NCBI GenBank assembly: GCA_965203055.1
Contig: OZ241863.1
Span: 3,520,001 to 3,584,000 of the forward strand
Length of the DNA stretch: 64,000 nucleotides
Direction: 5' to 3'
Source of the DNA: Spirochaetia bacterium
Lineage (GTDB): Bacteria > Spirochaetota > Spirochaetia > SZUA-6 > Bin103
A program made the position numbers and the translations under genes. Numbering within the stretch: the stretch's first letter is position 1; each line of letters starts with the position of its first letter. Under the pieces are notes generated by a model. It searched no databases. It was not told the origin of the DNA and saw only the letters and a program-made list of their open reading frames with translations. Shown piece after piece: positions 53,295-62,342 of the stretch.

Positions 53295-53413
53295 ACCCCA
53301 GGGCATCAGTCCAAATCTCTCCCAAAAAATCTCCTGGAGAAGCTAAAGCGGCGGCGATCAGCTGCCGATATTGTCAATGTCGGTGACGTTCCGCAAACGT
53401 CGTTTGCCTTCCA

Positions 53414-53505
53414 GCTTGCGGGAATCCGAGCACGTCCCCAAGCTCCACCGACTGCCATCTATGGCCCCTGGGGTTTCACCTCCTTTACCCAGGGGCCATT
53501 TTTCT
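53414..53505 (+). ncRNA. Candidate structured RNA, copy 2
   Basis: Identical 35-bp hairpin at 53463-53497 followed by ATTTTTCT; shares GCTTGCGGG, CCCCA and TGCCATC blocks with copy 1. Confidence 0.55.
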
Positions 53506-53525
53506 GCGCCAACGGAATCCGCCCG

Positions 53526-53554
53526 TTGTCCGCGCAACCGCCGCCTCCTATACT
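53526..53554 (+). promoter_or_regulatory. Sigma70-like promoter, near-leaderless
   Basis: TTGTCC-17 nt-TATACT, ATG 9 nt downstream, no SD. Confidence 0.65.
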
Positions 53555-53563
53555 CCGGGCGCG

Positions 53564-54946
53564 ATGGCCACTCACCACCGGAGCGCCGCCGCGGTAGGCG
53601 CCGCGCACCTGTACTACCTGCCGGTCGCCACCCGCGTGCCGCTGAAGTTCGGCCCCGAGGTCACCACCTCGGTGATCTGCGCGCGCGCCAGCGTCGAGCT
53701 GAGCGGCGCCGGGGCGCGCCGCGCGGTGGGCTGGGGCGAGACCCCGCTCAGCGTGCACTGGGTGTGGCCGAGCGCGCTGCCCTACGCCGAACGGCTGCAG
53801 GCGCTGCGCGGTCTCACCGAAGCGATCGCCCGCGCCTGGCCGCAACAGGCCGAGCCGGGCCATCCCCTGGAGATAGGCCAGCGCTTCATCCGCGGGCGCC
53901 TGCCGGCGCTGCTGGCGGATGCCAACCGCATGCGGCCACCCGGCGCGGAGGTTCCCTGGCTTGCCGCCCTGGTCTGCGCCTCCGCGTTCGACCTGGCCAC
54001 TCATGATGCCTACGGCAAGCTGCTGGGCTGCCCCACCTACGCCACCTACCGTCCCGAATACCTGGGGAGCGATCTGGCGGCGCTGCTCGACGATCCCGCC
54101 TTTGCCGGCCGCTACCCCTGCGACTACCTGAAGCCGGCGCGGCGCCGGCTCATGGCCTGGCATCTCGTCGGTGGCCTCGATCCGCTGGCGCCGGAGGAGC
54201 TTACCGGCGCGGAGCCGGACGACGGCTACCCGGTGCTGCTGGAGGACTGGATCCGCAGCGACGGTCTGCAGGCGCTCAAGGTGAAGCTGCGCGGCGACGA
54301 CGCCGAATGGGACTACCGGCGGCTGGCGGCGGTGGGAGCGATTGCCGCGCGCCATCAGGTGCTGTGGCTGGCGGCCGACTTCAACTGCACGGTGACCGAC
54401 CCCGCGTACGTAAACGAAATTCTCGATCGCTTGCGGGACTGCGAGCCACGAACCTACGCCTCGATCCTGTACGTCGAGCAGCCGTTTCCCTACGATCTGG
54501 AGCAGCACCGCATCGACGTGCGATCGGTAGCGGCGCGCAAACCGCTGTTCATGGATGAGAGCGCGCACGACTGGACGCTGGTACGGCTCGGTCGTTCGCT
54601 CGGCTGGAGCGGGGTAGCGCTGAAGACCTGCAAGACGCAGACCGGCGCCATCCTCAGTCTATGCTGGGCGCGTCACCACGACATGACGGTGATGGTGCAG
54701 GACCTGACCAATCCCATGCTGGCGCAGATCCCGCACCTGCAACTGGCGTCCCACGCCGGCACCATCATGGGCGTGGAGACCAACGCCATGCAGTTCTATC
54801 CGGCCGCGTCCGCGCCCGAAGCGCTGGTGCATCCCGGCCTCTACCGGCGGCGCGGCGGGCACGTGGACCTGGCGTCGCTGACGGGAACCGGCTTCGGCTA
54901 CCATATCGATCAGATTCGGCGCGCGCTGCCGGCCGCGGCCGTATAG
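53564..54946 (+). CDS. Enolase superfamily enzyme (mandelate racemase/muconate lactonizing-like)
   Basis: LKVKLRG (KxK), ADFN, YVEQP, MDESA metal ligands, ALKTCK. Confidence 0.88.
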   Translation: MATHHRSAAAVGAAHLYYLPVATRVPLKFGPEVTTSVICARASVELSGAGARRAVGWGETPLSVHWVWPSALPYAERLQALRGLTEAIARAWPQQAEPGHPLEIGQRFIRGRLPALLADANRMRPPGAEVPWLAALVCASAFDLATHDAYGKLLGCPTYATYRPEYLGSDLAALLDDPAFAGRYPCDYLKPARRRLMAWHLVGGLDPLAPEELTGAEPDDGYPVLLEDWIRSDGLQALKVKLRGDDAEWDYRRLAAVGAIAARHQVLWLAADFNCTVTDPAYVNEILDRLRDCEPRTYASILYVEQPFPYDLEQHRIDVRSVAARKPLFMDESAHDWTLVRLGRSLGWSGVALKTCKTQTGAILSLCWARHHDMTVMVQDLTNPMLAQIPHLQLASHAGTIMGVETNAMQFYPAASAPEALVHPGLYRRRGGHVDLASLTGTGFGYHIDQIRRALPAAAV

Positions 54947-56646
54947 CCGACCTGCCGCTCGCCCTCCGCGGCGCTGTCCACGACCGCCAGCGCGGCCTCC
55001 AGCCTCGCCGCCGCGGCGCCCGCGTGGCGCTGCCGTTCGGCGGCGCTCCAGCCGAGCTCCGCGGCCAGCAGGTCGGCGACGCGCGGCACGCTCGTCAAAG
55101 CCGCCCGACAGTCCAGGAACGCCAGGCGGGTGCGGCGCGCCAACACGTCGTCCACGGTGCAGGCCGCCTCGTGGCGCGCCGCGTACACCACCTCCGCCTC
55201 GAGGCAGGGATGGCGCGGCGCCAGGCGGGCGCCGAATCCGGCGCCCGCGAGCTGCGCCACCCGCTCGGCGCGGTCGCCGAAGGCGCGGTCCAGGTGGCGC
55301 GTGACGTCGGCCGGCAAGCCGTAGCGGCGCTGCAGGCCGGGCGCGTCCGGGCGGTAGCCGGCCGCGCCGAGCAGCGGCGTGGACCGGGTTTGCGAAGGGC
55401 GCCGCAGCCCGAAGCCGCCCACCTCGACGACCCGGTTCACGGCATGCACCGCCATCACCCGGTAGGTGGTCCACTTCCCGCCGGCCACCGTTATCAGCCC
55501 GCTGCGGCTCGTGGTCAGGTAGTGGTCGCGGGTCAGCGCCGCGCTGTCCCGGCGCTGCCGGCGGCCGCCGGCCACCCGCCGCGGCGGGGCGGCAATCAGG
55601 GGCCGCAGCCCTGACCAGGCCGCGGTCACGTCGCCGGCCCGCACCGGCATGTTCAGGTAGTTGCGCAAGTGCGCCAACAGGTAGCTCACCTCGCGGCGCG
55701 ACGGCAGCGGCTCCGCGGTCAACGGCGCGTCCACCTCGGTGGTGCCGGCCAGGAGCTGCCCGTGCCAAGGCAGTACGAAGATCACCCGGCCATCCTCGGT
55801 GCGGGGAATGAGGAAGCCGGTGTCGGGGGCGGGGAAGCGCGCGCCGAGCACCAGATGGGCGCCGGCGCTGACGCGCAACAGCGGCGCTTCGCCGGCGTCG
55901 TCCAGACGCCGCAGGCGGTCGACGTAGGGCCCGGCGGCGTTCAGTACCACCCGCGCCCGCACCTCCCACTCGGCGCCGCTGAGGCGGTCGCGCACCACCG
56001 CGCCCGCGAGCCGGCCCGAGGCGTCCTTGAGCAACCCTTCGACGGCGACGTAGTTGGCCAGCGCCGCGCCGTGCTGCGCCGCGGTCAGGGCCAATGCCAG
56101 ATTCATGCGCGCGTCGTCGAACTGGCCGTCGTAGTAGATCACCCCGCCGCGCAGGCGGCGCGGCGGCCCGTAGCCGCGCACCTGCTCGCGCAGGTAGGGA
56201 AACCGCGCCTGCGCCTGCTCGCGCGGGACGAACTCGGAGCGGCGCAACGCGTAGCGGCCCGCCAGCCGGTCGTACAGGTTGAGGCCGATTCGATAGTAGG
56301 GCTGCTGGTACAACTGGTAGAGGGGCACGAAGATCGCCAGCTCACGCACCAGATGCGGCGCCAGCTCCAGCAGCGCCGCGCGCTCCCGCAACGCCTCGCG
56401 CACCAGCCGAAACTGGGAGCGGTCGATCCGCTTGACCGCCTGTTCCAGATAGCGCACCCCGCCATGCACCAGCTTGGTGCTGCGACTGCTGGTGCCGCCG
56501 GCGAAGTCGCCGCGCTCCGCCAAAGCCACCCGCAGGCCGCGGGTCGCGGCGTCCAGGGCGCAGCCGCAGCCGGTCGCGCCGCCGCCGATCACCAGCAGGT
56601 CGAAGCGCTCCTCGCGCAGCCGCCGCAGGTGGCCGGCGCGCGTCAT
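54910..56646 (-). CDS. glpD: FAD-dependent glycerol-3-phosphate dehydrogenase
   Basis: IGGGATG, GTSSRSTKLVHGGVRYL, DGQFDDAR, GGKWTTYR, DVLARRTRL. Confidence 0.95.
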   Translation of the reverse strand: MTRAGHLRRLREERFDLLVIGGGATGCGCALDAATRGLRVALAERGDFAGGTSSRSTKLVHGGVRYLEQAVKRIDRSQFRLVREALRERAALLELAPHLVRELAIFVPLYQLYQQPYYRIGLNLYDRLAGRYALRRSEFVPREQAQARFPYLREQVRGYGPPRRLRGGVIYYDGQFDDARMNLALALTAAQHGAALANYVAVEGLLKDASGRLAGAVVRDRLSGAEWEVRARVVLNAAGPYVDRLRRLDDAGEAPLLRVSAGAHLVLGARFPAPDTGFLIPRTEDGRVIFVLPWHGQLLAGTTEVDAPLTAEPLPSRREVSYLLAHLRNYLNMPVRAGDVTAAWSGLRPLIAAPPRRVAGGRRQRRDSAALTRDHYLTTSRSGLITVAGGKWTTYRVMAVHAVNRVVEVGGFGLRRPSQTRSTPLLGAAGYRPDAPGLQRRYGLPADVTRHLDRAFGDRAERVAQLAGAGFGARLAPRHPCLEAEVVYAARHEAACTVDDVLARRTRLAFLDCRAALTSVPRVADLLAAELGWSAAERQRHAGAAAARLEAALAVVDSAAEGERQVGYTAAAGSARRI

Positions 56647-56782
56647 CCGCGGCGGCCTTGGCGGCAGCGCGGGCGCGTAGCGCGGTTCACCGGGCGCGCG
56701 CGGCGGGTCTCCGGTCCCGGCAGCCGCCGCCCGGCCCCTGCGCGGCCCGTCCATGCGCCCGCGGCACGTCCGGCGGCAGCGG

Positions 56783-58291
56783 TCAACGGGTATGCTCAGG
56801 CGCAGCCCGCCGCGCGGAGCGGGTACGCTGCACGGCTTCGGCCCAGCCGGCCAGCAGCCGCTCCCGCGTGGCCGCGGCCATGCGCGGCTCGAAGCGTCGC
56901 TCGGCGCGCCACAGCGCCGCGGCCGCGGACCGGTCCGGCCACAACCCGACCGCCAGGCCCGCCAGCAGCGCGGCGCCCCAGGCGGTCGTTTCCAGGTTTG
57001 CCGGGCGCACCACCGGCAGCTCCAGCAGGTCGGCCTGGAGTTGCAGCAGCAGGTTGTTGGCCGCGGCGCCGCCGTCTACCCGCAGCTCGCGCAACGGGGC
57101 GCCCAGGTCACGCTCCATGGCGCGCGCCACGTCCACCACCTGGTAGGCGATCGCCTCCAGCGCCGCGCGCGCCAGGTGGGCGGCCGTGGAGCCGCGGGTC
57201 AGGCCGGTCACCGTGCCGCGCGCCTCCTGGTCCCAGTAGGGCGCCCCCAGGCCGGCAAACGCCGGCACCAGGTACACCCCGCCGGTATCGGGCACCGAGG
57301 CGGCCAACTCCTCCACCTCGGCGGCGCCGGCGATCAAGCCCAGCCCGTCGCGCAGCCACTGCACTACCGCGCCGCCGACGAACACGCTGCCTTCCAGGGC
57401 ATACTCGCGCCGGCCGGCCAGTTGCGAGGCTACCGTAGTGAGCAGGCGGTTGGCCGAGCGCGGCGCGGCCGCGCCGGTGTGCGCCAGCAGAAAGCAGCCG
57501 GTGCCATAGGTGTTCTTGGCCAGCCCCGGCGCGAACAGGGCCTGCCCGACCGCGGCCGCCTGCTGATCCCCGGCGATGCCGGCCAGCGGTACCGGCTCAT
57601 CCAGCAGTTCGGTCAGCTCGCCGTAGACCGCGGACGAGTCGCGCACCTGCGGCAGCACCGCCGCCGGCACGCCCAGAACCGCGAGCAGTTCTTCGTCCCA
57701 GCGCCCGCGGTGGATGTCGTATAGCAGGGTGCGGCTGGCGTTGGTGGCGTCGGTCAGGTGCAGCGCCCCGCCGCTGAGGCGAAACGCCAGCCAACTGTCG
57801 ATGGTGCCGAACGCCAGCTCGCCCGCCGCGGCGCGCTGCCGCGCCCCCGGTACGTGGTCGAGGATCCAGGCCAGCTTGGTGCCGGAGAAGTAGGCGTCCG
57901 GTACCAGTCCGGCGCGGCTCCGGAACAGGCCGCCGTGTCCGGCCGCGGCGAGCCGCTCCACCATGGCGCTGGTGCGGCGATCCTGCCACACGATGGCGCG
58001 GTGCAGCGGAGCGCCGCTGCGCCGGTCCCAGACGACGGTGGTCTCGCGCTGGTTGGCGATCCCCACCGCCGCCACCTCCGCCGCGGCGGCCCCGGCCGCG
58101 GCCACCGCCTCGCGCGCCACCGCGACCTGACTGGCCAGGATCTCCTCCGGGTCATGCTCCACCCAACCGGCCTGCGGGAAGTGCTGGCGAAACTCCCGCT
58201 GCGCTACCGACGCCACGGCGCCCGCGGCGTCGAACAGCAGCGCCCGCGAACTGGTCGTGCCCTGATCGAGGGCCAAGACGAACCTGCGCAT
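56783..58291 (-). CDS. glpK: Glycerol kinase
   Basis: [44 protein letters not shown]. Confidence 0.97.
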   Translation of the reverse strand: MRRFVLALDQGTTSSRALLFDAAGAVASVAQREFRQHFPQAGWVEHDPEEILASQVAVAREAVAAAGAAAAEVAAVGIANQRETTVVWDRRSGAPLHRAIVWQDRRTSAMVERLAAAGHGGLFRSRAGLVPDAYFSGTKLAWILDHVPGARQRAAAGELAFGTIDSWLAFRLSGGALHLTDATNASRTLLYDIHRGRWDEELLAVLGVPAAVLPQVRDSSAVYGELTELLDEPVPLAGIAGDQQAAAVGQALFAPGLAKNTYGTGCFLLAHTGAAAPRSANRLLTTVASQLAGRREYALEGSVFVGGAVVQWLRDGLGLIAGAAEVEELAASVPDTGGVYLVPAFAGLGAPYWDQEARGTVTGLTRGSTAAHLARAALEAIAYQVVDVARAMERDLGAPLRELRVDGGAAANNLLLQLQADLLELPVVRPANLETTAWGAALLAGLAVGLWPDRSAAAALWRAERRFEPRMAAATRERLLAGWAEAVQRTRSARRAAPEHTR

Positions 58292-58376
58292 GGCGCGCCC
58301 AACCTAAACCGGCCGGCCGGCTCCGGCAACACCGCCGGCCGGGGCGGCCGCGGCAGCAAGCAAGCAGCCGCGGCCG

Positions 58377-58407
58377 TTGACGGGCGCCGCGCCGCGGGCT
58401 ATACACT
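58377..58407 (+). promoter_or_regulatory. Sigma70-like promoter for gap
   Basis: TTGACG followed by TATACACT (17-19 nt spacer). Confidence 0.5.
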
Positions 58408-58516
58408 TGCCGCAGCCGCCGCGCCGGCGCCGTGAGCTCCGGGCCATCCGTTGCCTGCCACGCGCGCCACGAACCACTTTCCGGCGTCAACGATACCGCC
58501 ACCGCAGGAGTTTGCA

Positions 58517-59542
58517 ATGAGTACCGTACGTGTTGGATTCAACGGCATGGGCCGCATCGGCAAGAACGTGATGCGGGTGATCGTCGAAAAGCTGAACGAC
58601 CGCTTCGCGATCGTCGCCGGCAACGATCTGGTCCCCGCCGCCGACATCGCCGCCAGCCTGCCCAAGGACTCGGTCTACGGCCGCTTTCCCGCGCCGGTGG
58701 CGCAGACCGGCGGCGACCGCATCCGCGTCGGCGACCACGAACTGACCATCTACGCCGAGCAGGACGCGGCCAAGGTTCCCTGGGGCGACCACGGCGTGGA
58801 CATCGTGTTCGAGTGCACCGGCTTCTACCTGAGCACGGCGAAGGCCGGCGCTCACCTCCGGGGCGGCGCCAAGCGGGTCATCGTGTCGGCCCCGTGCACC
58901 GACGACACCGACACGGTGGTGGTCGGCGTAAATCACGAAACCATCGCCGCCGACCGCAAGATCCTGTCCAACGCGAGTTGCACCACCAACTGTCTGGCGC
59001 CTATGACCAAGGCGGTGGACATGACCTTCCCGGTGCAGGCGGGCCTGATGAGCACCACCCACGCCGCCACGGCCACCCAGAAGGTGGCCGACACCTTCGG
59101 CGGCGGCAAGAACCGCGCCACCCTGAACAACGTGATCCCGGCCAGCACCGGCGCCGCGGTCGCGGTCGGCAAGGTGCTGCCTCACCTCAACGGCAAGCTC
59201 AACGGCACCGCGTTGCGGGTGCCCACCGACACCGGCAGCGTGGTGGAGGCGGTCTACCAGATCGCGGGCACCCCGTCGCCGGCCGAGGTCGTGGCCGCCA
59301 TGCAGGCCAACGCCGAGCGTATCAACGCCAGCTCCCTGTTGGGCCAGGTGATTACGGTCAACGACTACTACGAGTGCTCCCGCGACTGCGTCGGCGAGCC
59401 CTACTCCTCGATGGTCTCCGACAACGTGTTGGTGGTGTCCGCCGGCAGCGACTCGCTGATCAAGGTCACCAGCTTCTACGACAACGAGATGGGCTTCAGC
59501 CACCGGATGGCGGAACTGGCCCTGATCCTCGCCGCCGACTAG
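58517..59542 (+). CDS. gap: Type I glyceraldehyde-3-phosphate dehydrogenase (divergent)
   Basis: GFNGMGRIG, FECTG, SNASCTTNCLAP, PASTGAA, RVPT, YDNE; AGGAG SD. Confidence 0.93.
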   Translation: MSTVRVGFNGMGRIGKNVMRVIVEKLNDRFAIVAGNDLVPAADIAASLPKDSVYGRFPAPVAQTGGDRIRVGDHELTIYAEQDAAKVPWGDHGVDIVFECTGFYLSTAKAGAHLRGGAKRVIVSAPCTDDTDTVVVGVNHETIAADRKILSNASCTTNCLAPMTKAVDMTFPVQAGLMSTTHAATATQKVADTFGGGKNRATLNNVIPASTGAAVAVGKVLPHLNGKLNGTALRVPTDTGSVVEAVYQIAGTPSPAEVVAAMQANAERINASSLLGQVITVNDYYECSRDCVGEPYSSMVSDNVLVVSAGSDSLIKVTSFYDNEMGFSHRMAELALILAAD

Positions 59543-59588
59543 CCCCGGCGGCCGCCCGCAGGAGCCGCGCGCGGGTCACCGGCGAGCC

Positions 59589-59954
59589 CTAACCGTTGGT
59601 GACGGTTCTCGAAGGTCGGCGGCGCCTGACTTCCTCGGTAAGGAGCTTGAAGTCTTCGTCAGTCAGTGCCATCGCCTTCGCGGCCCGGAGGAACTCAGGA
59701 ACGCTCGGCCGGTGATGGAGGTACTCCGCCAGCTCCGGGTCGGTACTCTCGGCGAGTCGGAACAGCAGATCAGGGTCGCCGCCGAGCAGCGCTGCCATCC
59801 GCTTGACGAGCTCCGGCTTGGGCGGACGCTCCTTCCCCCGTTCGACACGACTGAGATACGCGGGCGAGATACCAAGCCGCTCTGCCGCCGCGCGCAGGCC
59901 CATCTCCTGCGCCGTGCGCATCTCCCGAATCGTCTCGCCAAAGCTCCCGCCCAT
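59589..59954 (-). CDS. XRE-family HTH regulator
   Basis: FGETIREMR..MGLRAAAERLGISPAYLSRVERG; GGAGG SD. Confidence 0.9.
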   Translation of the reverse strand: MGGSFGETIREMRTAQEMGLRAAAERLGISPAYLSRVERGKERPPKPELVKRMAALLGGDPDLLFRLAESTDPELAEYLHHRPSVPEFLRAAKAMALTDEDFKLLTEEVRRRRPSRTVTNG

Positions 59955-59972
59955 GCTTCCTCCGTAGTTTAC

Positions 59973-59984
59973 TGTTGCGCAACA
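59973..59984. promoter_or_regulatory. Perfect 12-bp palindrome, candidate operator
   Basis: TGTTGCGCAACA in the AT-rich divergent XRE/MTase intergenic region. Confidence 0.55.
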
Positions 59985-60133
59985 TGTAACATATCAGGAC
60001 AACCGTCAAGTACCCTGCTCGCTCGATCGATCGGCACGCCGGTTGTAGGCAGGCATACGCACGATGTAGGGTCTGCTCGCACTTGGGTGCCACGCCAAGG
60101 CCACACCGTCCACCCGCGGCTCAGGATGAGGAG

Positions 60134-62296
60134 ATGCCAGAATTCAAAGTCCGCAACCTACGGCGCTCCGTCATGACGACACCGACGGCGACCAGCAGCA
60201 GCCGCAAGCGGGTGTCCTCCGCGCAAGACGAGCAACGAGACGGCCGAATGGCTGGCGTCGACGGACCTGCGGCTGCCGCTATGCCCGAGGCCGATACGGA
60301 ACGCGCGTCCGCTGGCGTCGTTCGCGACGGGTTCATCATCGACTTCATCTCCGGCACGAAGGAGGTCAAGGAGACCGCCAAGGAGTCCGTCCGCCAGCGT
60401 ATAGCCCGCGCACTCTTCCACGAGTACGCGATCTCCGTCGAGGACATGGCGACGGACTTCCCGGTTGTCGTTGCGGGCCGGCGCCGCCGCGCGGACATCG
60501 CCGTCTTCGGCGCCGGAGAAGACCATACGCCGGAGAACATCCAGCGTATCGTGGTCTGTCGCCGGGAACCGAAGCAGAACAAGCTCGGCGTTGTGAAGAT
60601 GCGTGACTACCAGCAAGCGGAGCAGGACATCGCCGAGGTCATGCCGTTCTTCGAGGAGTTCGAACGTCTCAAGTACGCCCTGTGGACCAATGGTCTGGAG
60701 TTCTTCTTTCTTCGGAAAAAGGCGACGAAGTTCCAAGTCGACGCGGAGCCGATAGGAGATTGGCCTCCTGCCGACGAGTCTCTCGGCGATCGTGAGGTGT
60801 TGTCTCGCGCGCGTACCCGCCGCGCCGACCCGGAGATGCTGCGTACGGCGTTTCGCCGTTGTCATAATTTCATTCACGGCAATGAAGGCATGCCGAAAGA
60901 TGCCGCGTTCTGGCAGTTTCTCTACCTGATCTTCTGCAAGATGCATGATGAGCGGACTCCAAAGCGAGAGAGCCGCCGTTTCTGGGCCGGTCCGACAGAG
61001 CAGTTCAACGAGGCTGGGCGCAAGGCGATCAAGCAGCGTATAGTACCACTCTTCGGTGAGGTGAAGCAGGAATACCAGACGATATTCACGGGAGGCGAGG
61101 AAATCAGTCTATCGGATCGTGCTCTCGCCTTCATGATCTCCGAGCTGTCGAAGTACGAGTTCTCCCGCACGGAAGTAGACGCCAAAGGAGCCGCGTATCA
61201 GGAGATCGTCGGCACGAACCTCCGGGGCGACCGGGGACAGTACTTCACTCCGCGGGGTGCGATCCGGCTCGTGGTCGAGATACTCGATCCCAAGGAAGAC
61301 GAACGGCTGCTTGATCCAGCGTGTGGAACGGGCGGATTCCTGGTTGCGGCGCTTGACCACCTCATGAGGAGGTTCCGCGACCAGGAACAGATCAGCGCTC
61401 ACAACGAAACGACGGAGGAGTTCGTGTCGTTGAATCATCGGCTACGACGCTACGCCCAAAGGCAGATCTTCGGGTGTGACTTCGATCCGTTTCTCATCCG
61501 GGCCAGCCAGATGAACATGGTGATGGCGGGCGACGGAAAGGGTCATCTCTATCACTTGAACTCTCTGGAATTCCCACAAGGACACCTGCCAGGTGTGGAG
61601 CCGGCCGGTAAAGAAGCGAAAATGGGGACTATGGACGTGGTGATGACCAATCCTCCATTCGGGTCAAGTATCCCGATAACCGACGAAGGCATACTTCGGC
61701 ACTTCGACCTTGCATACCAATGGGAGAAGACGGTGGACGGGAGCTTCCGTAACAACGGCCGCCTGCGACGTAGCGTCGCGCCCGAAATACTATTCATCGA
61801 GCGTTGTATCGAGTGGCTCAAACCCGGTGGGCGCATGGGCATTGTGCTCCCCGACGGTATTCTCGGCAACCCTGCGGACGAGTACATCCGTTGGTGGATC
61901 CTGCGGCACTCCTGGGTACTTGCCAGCGTCGACCTGCCGGTGGAGACCTTTATCGTCGAGGCCAACGTCAACATTCTGACCAGCCTGTTGTTCCTCAAGA
62001 AGAAGCCTGCGGATGTTGTCCAACGTGAAGCCATGGCAGGAGCAGCAGACTACTCGGTCTTCATGGCGGTCGCCGAAAAGGTTGGCTTCGACCGGCGCGG
62101 GAAGACGCTCTACAAGCGTTCTCCGGACGGACAAGAGATAACGCGCGAAGAAGAAGACGTCGAGACCATCACAGTCCGCGGACGCAAGGTGACCCGTCTA
62201 TTGCGGCGCAAGAAGCGGTATCCGGACGATGACCTGCCTACAATCGCCGAGCGTTATCGCGTGTTCCGGTGCGATCATCCGGAGCCACACGTATGA
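60134..62296 (+). CDS. Type I-like N6-adenine DNA methyltransferase with N-terminal HsdR_N-like domain (start uncertain)
   Basis: GQYFTPRG, DPACGTGGFL, TNPPFG, LFIERC..LKPGGRMGIVLPDG; N-terminal RRADIAVF and ALWTNG. Confidence 0.9.
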   Translation: MPEFKVRNLRRSVMTTPTATSSSRKRVSSAQDEQRDGRMAGVDGPAAAAMPEADTERASAGVVRDGFIIDFISGTKEVKETAKESVRQRIARALFHEYAISVEDMATDFPVVVAGRRRRADIAVFGAGEDHTPENIQRIVVCRREPKQNKLGVVKMRDYQQAEQDIAEVMPFFEEFERLKYALWTNGLEFFFLRKKATKFQVDAEPIGDWPPADESLGDREVLSRARTRRADPEMLRTAFRRCHNFIHGNEGMPKDAAFWQFLYLIFCKMHDERTPKRESRRFWAGPTEQFNEAGRKAIKQRIVPLFGEVKQEYQTIFTGGEEISLSDRALAFMISELSKYEFSRTEVDAKGAAYQEIVGTNLRGDRGQYFTPRGAIRLVVEILDPKEDERLLDPACGTGGFLVAALDHLMRRFRDQEQISAHNETTEEFVSLNHRLRRYAQRQIFGCDFDPFLIRASQMNMVMAGDGKGHLYHLNSLEFPQGHLPGVEPAGKEAKMGTMDVVMTNPPFGSSIPITDEGILRHFDLAYQWEKTVDGSFRNNGRLRRSVAPEILFIERCIEWLKPGGRMGIVLPDGILGNPADEYIRWWILRHSWVLASVDLPVETFIVEANVNILTSLLFLKKKPADVVQREAMAGAADYSVFMAVAEKVGFDRRGKTLYKRSPDGQEITREEEDVETITVRGRKVTRLLRRKKRYPDDDLPTIAERYRVFRCDHPEPHV

Positions 62297-62342
62297 ACGA
62301 TACCCCGCGACGGATCCACAGCGAACGGATGATCTCTTTCGC

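Noticed and set aside
53345..53377. TTGACA on the minus strand between the two repeats as a promoter
   Set aside because: No -10 hexamer at 16-18 nt spacing
53253..53497. 35-bp palindromic direct repeat as a CRISPR array
   Set aside because: Only two copies, 175 bp between them, flanks partly homologous, no cas genes
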